Part shown: one piece after another, positions 59,413-64,000 of the stretch
How positions within the stretch are numbered: the first letter of the stretch is position 1
Layout: the number at the start of each line of letters is the position of its first letter
DNA from: Desulfatiglandales bacterium
GTDB taxonomy: Bacteria; Desulfobacterota; DSM-4660; Desulfatiglandales; HGW-15
NCBI GenBank assembly: GCA_963667015.2
Contig: CAXXJJ010000001.1
Coordinates: 1,920,001-1,984,000, forward strand
Reading direction: 5' to 3'
DNA: 64,000 nt
Notes under the pieces: generated by a model
What the model was told of the DNA's origin: nothing
Databases searched by the model: none
The model's input: the letters and a program-made list of their open reading frames with translations, nothing else
Translations under genes and position numbers: made by a program

Positions 59413-60061
59413 CTCCCCGAACTGTCTGAATCATGGTTTTATCAAAAGCACGGTCTATTTTATCCCTTAATCTGCATATTCTTGTTTCAACTACATTGGT
59501 TTGCGGGTCGAAGTTGTGATCCCAGACATGCTCCATGATCATGGTTTTTGATACGATTTTTCCTGCATTGCGCATAAGGTATTCAAGGAGTGAAAACTCA
59601 CGCGGTTGCAGTTCTATATCTATGCCTGCTCGAGTCACTTTGCGGGAAATAAGGTCTATGGATAAATCTCCCAGGGTAAAATGTGTGGATTCGGATAGGC
59701 CGCTGGCTCTTCTTATAAGGGCTCGTACGCGTGCAAGCAGTTCCGAAAAGGCAAAAGGTTTGGTCAGATAATCATCTCCTCCCTTCTGGAGGCCTTTTAC
59801 CCTATCATCAACAGTACGTTTTGCACTCAGGATCAGAACCGGCGTCCTGATGTTCTGATTCCTCAATTTCTCAATGAGTGTTAATCCATCGAGCCTGGGA
59901 AGCATGATATCAATAACAGCAACATCATAGGGTTCATTGAGGGCCATATAAAATCCTGCCTCGCCGTCAGAAACATGGTCCACGGCAAAACCGGCTTCCC
60001 TTAATCCCTTTACGATAAAAGAAGCAATCTTCGAATCATCCTCGACTAGTAATGTTCGTAT
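59384..60061 (-). CDS. OmpR-family response regulator (CusR-like); ATA at expected start
   Basis: Frame extends to ATA-RTLLVEDDSKIASFIVKGL with GGAG RBS. Confidence 0.85.
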   Translation of the reverse strand: MRTLLVEDDSKIASFIVKGLREAGFAVDHVSDGEAGFYMALNEPYDVAVIDIMLPRLDGLTLIEKLRNQNIRTPVLILSAKRTVDDRVKGLQKGGDDYLTKPFAFSELLARVRALIRRASGLSESTHFTLGDLSIDLISRKVTRAGIDIELQPREFSLLEYLMRNAGKIVSKTMIMEHVWDHNFDPQTNVVETRICRLRDKIDRAFDKTMIQTVRGVGYAIKEVT

Positions 60062-60339
60062 GGTCTTACTCCCTTGATTATTGATGGTGACTTATAAATT
60101 TAAGGGATAAAATATAGAAAAATTAATATTGTGAGTCAACGTAAATTAATGATGCTATAAAGGGGAGTAAGGTTCGATTGCTTATCCGGATATCATATGT
60201 TTTAATACTTAATAAAAAAATTGACATTAGTTGCTAATTATAGTCTCCTTATAAATTAATTTAAAACTCGAATTAAATTGCCTTTTTTTAACATGAAAGG
60301 AATGCTGCCTTCTCAGAAGGCCGGCCCAACAATATTTTT

Positions 60340-61587
60340 ATGAAAAAAAATGAAGTGACCGGATCAGAAAATATAGCGACAGAGGAAGAACGGAACGCCC
60401 CGAAACAGCTTTCAAATATTATGATTATGGTGTTTGTGGCGCTTATAGCGTCATTTCCTCCGCTTGCCACAGACCTTTACCTGCCTGCGCTTCCAACAAT
60501 GAGTGAAGAACTGAGCTGCCCTGTTTTACTTGTTAACGCATCATTGTACCTGTTTTTCATTTTTGTAAGCACGAGTTCTTTTTTGTGGGGCCCCCTGTCT
60601 GATAAATACGGGCGTAAACCGATTCTCCTGATTGGTGTTATCCTGTTTGTCGTATCAAGTGTCTTCTGCATGCTCAGCCAGAACGTTTACCAGTTGATAG
60701 CTGCCAGGATTTTCCAGGCAATCGGTGCAGGGTCTGCAATGGCTGTAAATCTTGCCATTGTAAAGGATGTTTTTCCCGGTAAAAAAAGAGAAAGCACCCT
60801 TGCCCTTGCGGCAGTTTTAAACGGTATGATACCGGTTGTGGCACCGTCTCTCGGATCTCTGATAATCATGTATCTTTCATGGCGGGGCACCTTTGGCCTG
60901 CTTGTTATTATAGGTGTAATGGTATTTGTTTTTACTTTGTTTCTTAAGGAAACCAGTAAGGATTTTTCTTCTGAAAGTACTTTTAAAACAACCCTAAGGC
61001 TCTTTGTTGTTTTAAAAAATCCCCATTTTTACAGGCTGGTAATTGTTTTTTCAATAGTATCTATTCCGCTCCTTGCTTATATAGGGGTGTCGTCATTTAT
61101 TTTTGTTCAAAGATTTGGCCTCAGTTCACAGGTGTATAGTATCTATTTTGGGGCAATTGCAGCATTCTATATTATAGGCGGGCCTCTGTATCTTTTATTG
61201 AGGAAGTTTTTCAGGCCGATACCGATTATTACAGCATCTTATCTGGGTTCAATTATAAGTGGTGTCCTTATGGTGACTATTGGCCAGAACAGTCCTTTGC
61301 TTTTTGCCATTTCCGTGGCTCTTGGATATTTATGCGTAAGCGTTAGCCGCCCGCCTTCAAACAGTCTTCTTCTTGAACAGCAGGACAGAGATACAGGTTC
61401 GGCATCTTCTCTTATCCAGGCCATATTCGTACTGACAGGGGCATTTGGAATGATGATTATTTCACTGGACTGGAGCAACCGAATACTGGTGATCGGTCTG
61501 ATGAATATTGTCTTAAGCGCCCTTGGTTTCTTTTTGTGGATTTATACAAAATCAAGGTGCCGTATTCCGAAGCATTTTTTGAAGTAA
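60340..61587 (+). CDS. Bcr/CflA family MFS drug-efflux transporter
   Basis: DLYLPALP, GPLSDKYGRKP. Confidence 0.92.
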   Translation: MKKNEVTGSENIATEEERNAPKQLSNIMIMVFVALIASFPPLATDLYLPALPTMSEELSCPVLLVNASLYLFFIFVSTSSFLWGPLSDKYGRKPILLIGVILFVVSSVFCMLSQNVYQLIAARIFQAIGAGSAMAVNLAIVKDVFPGKKRESTLALAAVLNGMIPVVAPSLGSLIIMYLSWRGTFGLLVIIGVMVFVFTLFLKETSKDFSSESTFKTTLRLFVVLKNPHFYRLVIVFSIVSIPLLAYIGVSSFIFVQRFGLSSQVYSIYFGAIAAFYIIGGPLYLLLRKFFRPIPIITASYLGSIISGVLMVTIGQNSPLLFAISVALGYLCVSVSRPPSNSLLLEQQDRDTGSASSLIQAIFVLTGAFGMMIISLDWSNRILVIGLMNIVLSALGFFLWIYTKSRCRIPKHFLK

Positions 61588-61640
61588 TGAAAATCCAGAA
61601 TTGAAATTCGAACGTTAGATGCCTGAGCAGTGAAAGAATA

Positions 61641-63998
61641 TCACTTGTTTTCAAGCTGATGAAGCAGAGCGCTTTTGATCTCGGAAATCTGAGTGCTGTC
61701 CTCAATTTTCTGACCTTCAAAATCGGTTACGTAGAATATATCTGCGCTCTGGTCTCCCTTGATACCTATTTTGGCGATCCTGATATCAAGGTGAAGCTCA
61801 AACAGCGTTTTTGTAATCTGGTAGAGCAGGCCCACCTTGTCTGTTGAAAATATCTCAATAAGTGTGAAAAAATCGGATGAGCCGTTATCAATGTTTATCT
61901 CAGTGGGTTTTGTCGGTTTCTTAAATGTTCCTACTCCGGGCGGTGCCTTTTCGCTCAACCTGTAGGATACGGCAAGTTTACCGTCTACTATCTTGCCAAA
62001 ATCCCTTTCGATCCTGTTCCAGGTCTCCTGGGGGTTTATACTGTCAAGCGGTTTTGTAACAGAAAAAATGTCAACAGCCGTACCATCCCGCCAGGTATAT
62101 ATATTGGCGTTAAGTATATTGATATTATTAAGTGCCATCACTCCTGCTATGGAAGAGAAAAGTCCCGGCCGGTCTTTGGCAAAAAAACTTACTTCCCAGT
62201 AACCGCCTACCGTGTTTTCCTTGAAGTCAAATATGAAAGGATTGCTCTCTCCGCCGGATAGACGTTTTTTAAGGTCTTCGACCAGTTCCATATGGCGGAC
62301 TGCTTCAGGTGCCGGTGTACTCAGTTTGTATCGGGGAGACATCACCTCAAAGTATTTTTCAACCACCCCCGTCTTCAAACTATCGGCTGTAAGCTTTTTA
62401 AGTTTTCTTTTGAGTTTTACAAGCTTCACAGATATATCCGGTGTGGCAAGTTCACCCCGCTCAAGTATGTGGAGGACCTTAAAAAACAGCTCCTGAACCA
62501 GATTACTGGTCCATTCGTTCCAAACCCTCGGGCCGGTTGCCCTTGAGTCGGCCCATGTAAGCAGATACAGGGCCTTGAGCCTGTCAATAGTTCCTATGGT
62601 CCTGGCGCTCTGTATAATGATCTTCTCATCATTCAGGTCCCTTCTTGTAGCGGTCTCTACAAGAAAAAGATGATATTCTATAAGAAAAAGAATTTCCTCT
62701 TTCAGATCTTCCGGATAACTTACCCTTTCCAGCAGGGTCCTCGCTATTTTCACACCCCTTTTGGAATGACCTTTACCGGTTTTACCTATGTCATGCAGAA
62801 ATGTCGCAAGAAGCAGATGCTCTTTATTTTTTAGATCATTATATGTGTCGACCAGAAGGATATCCTTTTCTTTGGATATGTTTTTTAAATATGAAACAGC
62901 CTCAAGTATATGTCTTCCTACCGGGTATATATGGTAGGCATCAAACTGTACTCTTCCTCTGATATCGCCGAATTCCGGAATAAAGGCATCCAGAAATCCT
63001 GTCTCAAACATCTGGTCCAGTATCTCAACAGCATTGGGACTGTTAAGGATATATAAAAATTTTTTAAATAATTTTTCAGAACTCCTGAACTCGTCATCTA
63101 TAAGGGACAGAAATTCCTTTGTAAGCCTCCTGGCATCCATGGTCAGGGTAATGCCGTATTTGGAACTGACTTCAAATATCCTCATAAGGATACCCGGGTC
63201 CGCCAGTATTGATGTTGCCGAGTTGTAGGCGATCTCATCCTGGTGAAGGTGAAGACCGTTCTTTATATCATTCAGGTCAACATTCACCTTTTTGGGCGGT
63301 TTTTTAACAGCATGCCCGTAAAGGAATGAGCGGTGCAGGATCTTGATGTTTTCCATTGAAGAATGAAGGTCTTCAAGGAAAACCTCGACCGCAGCTGTTT
63401 TGCCATCCCTTTTATAACCCAGACGTTTTGCTATTTCCTCCTGGTAAATAAAATTCAGTCTGTCATTTTTCCTTTTTGAAAGCTGGTGCAGATGGTTCCT
63501 TACATGACAGATAAAATGGACTTCCTTTGTAAGTTCCTGATACTCCTGATATGAAAGTTTGCCAAGGTATTCAAGATCCCTTGAACCCCGGATATCGTAC
63601 AGGGCCTTTGCCATCCAGAGTATGTGGTGATAGTCCCTCAACCCTCCAATGCCGTCTTTAAGGTTCGGCTCAAGCTGATGACTTGCATCGCCATAATTTA
63701 TCATTCTCATGGTGTTTCTGTCCTGGAGCCATCTGATAAACTTGAGGGATTCTTTTTCTATGACCTTTTTCTGGAGGGTGTCCACCATGTTCAGGTAAAG
63801 CAGCGAATCACCGCAGAGGAATCTTGCGTCCATCAGCGAGGTGAGCACTTCATAATCACTGTGTCCAAGCTTGATGCAGTCTTTAATGGTCCTTACACCA
63901 TAGCCAAGCTCAAATCCAAGATCCCACAGGGGATAAAAAAGTTCTCCGGTGAGCTGTTTTGCACTGGACGGAATTTTTTTATTAAATAAAACAAGTAT
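61641..63998 (-). CDS. glnD: [Protein-PII] uridylyltransferase (5'-partial)
   Basis: LEPNLKDGIGGLRD, LHDIGK, two ACT domains. Confidence 0.95.
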   Translation of the reverse strand: MLVLFNKKIPSSAKQLTGELFYPLWDLGFELGYGVRTIKDCIKLGHSDYEVLTSLMDARFLCGDSLLYLNMVDTLQKKVIEKESLKFIRWLQDRNTMRMINYGDASHQLEPNLKDGIGGLRDYHHILWMAKALYDIRGSRDLEYLGKLSYQEYQELTKEVHFICHVRNHLHQLSKRKNDRLNFIYQEEIAKRLGYKRDGKTAAVEVFLEDLHSSMENIKILHRSFLYGHAVKKPPKKVNVDLNDIKNGLHLHQDEIAYNSATSILADPGILMRIFEVSSKYGITLTMDARRLTKEFLSLIDDEFRSSEKLFKKFLYILNSPNAVEILDQMFETGFLDAFIPEFGDIRGRVQFDAYHIYPVGRHILEAVSYLKNISKEKDILLVDTYNDLKNKEHLLLATFLHDIGKTGKGHSKRGVKIARTLLERVSYPEDLKEEILFLIEYHLFLVETATRRDLNDEKIIIQSARTIGTIDRLKALYLLTWADSRATGPRVWNEWTSNLVQELFFKVLHILERGELATPDISVKLVKLKRKLKKLTADSLKTGVVEKYFEVMSPRYKLSTPAPEAVRHMELVEDLKKRLSGGESNPFIFDFKENTVGGYWEVSFFAKDRPGLFSSIAGVMALNNINILNANIYTWRDGTAVDIFSVTKPLDSINPQETWNRIERDFGKIVDGKLAVSYRLSEKAPPGVGTFKKPTKPTEINIDNGSSDFFTLIEIFSTDKVGLLYQITKTLFELHLDIRIAKIGIKGDQSADIFYVTDFEGQKIEDSTQISEIKSALLHQLENK

Positions 63999-64000
63999 AT

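Overview
Bacterial chromosomal DNA; gene content suggests a Desulfobacterota/deltaproteobacterium (inference). Bases 1-23.7 kb are an AT-rich integron cassette array on the minus strand. I can read 28 attC sites in about eight sequence families, and for most cassettes the R'' box is the exact complement of that cassette's own R' box. The array ends at an attI-like site (~23684) followed by five 18-bp palindromes; no intI gene is in the window. Cassettes include TA pairs (BrnTA; HigBA with the toxin split by a 568-bp TGT...ACA insert), defence-like genes, methyltransferases, a GNAT and hypotheticals. Six cassettes are gene-less, in two families: family B keeps a hairpin by compensatory changes, and family A reappears as the scaffold around unrelated ORFs. 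A group IIB-like intron (AGC triad, RT without endonuclease) sits inside an attC R' box in cassette orientation, and its probable EBS1 loop (CUAACG) is complementary to the attC core. This differs from the known IIC-attC introns and is the top candidate for a new system. Bases 24-64 kb are backbone: four-helix-bundle gene, Kelch lipoprotein, BlaI/M56-TPR, TRAP transporter, FliD-like, RhlE, VWA plus two-component system, esterase, radical SAM, pseudogenes, YidC-like, a metallophosphoesterase/CDF-HflK/HflC/HflK cluster next to a CusRS-like pair, an MFS and glnD. All calls come from reading the sequence; no searches were run.
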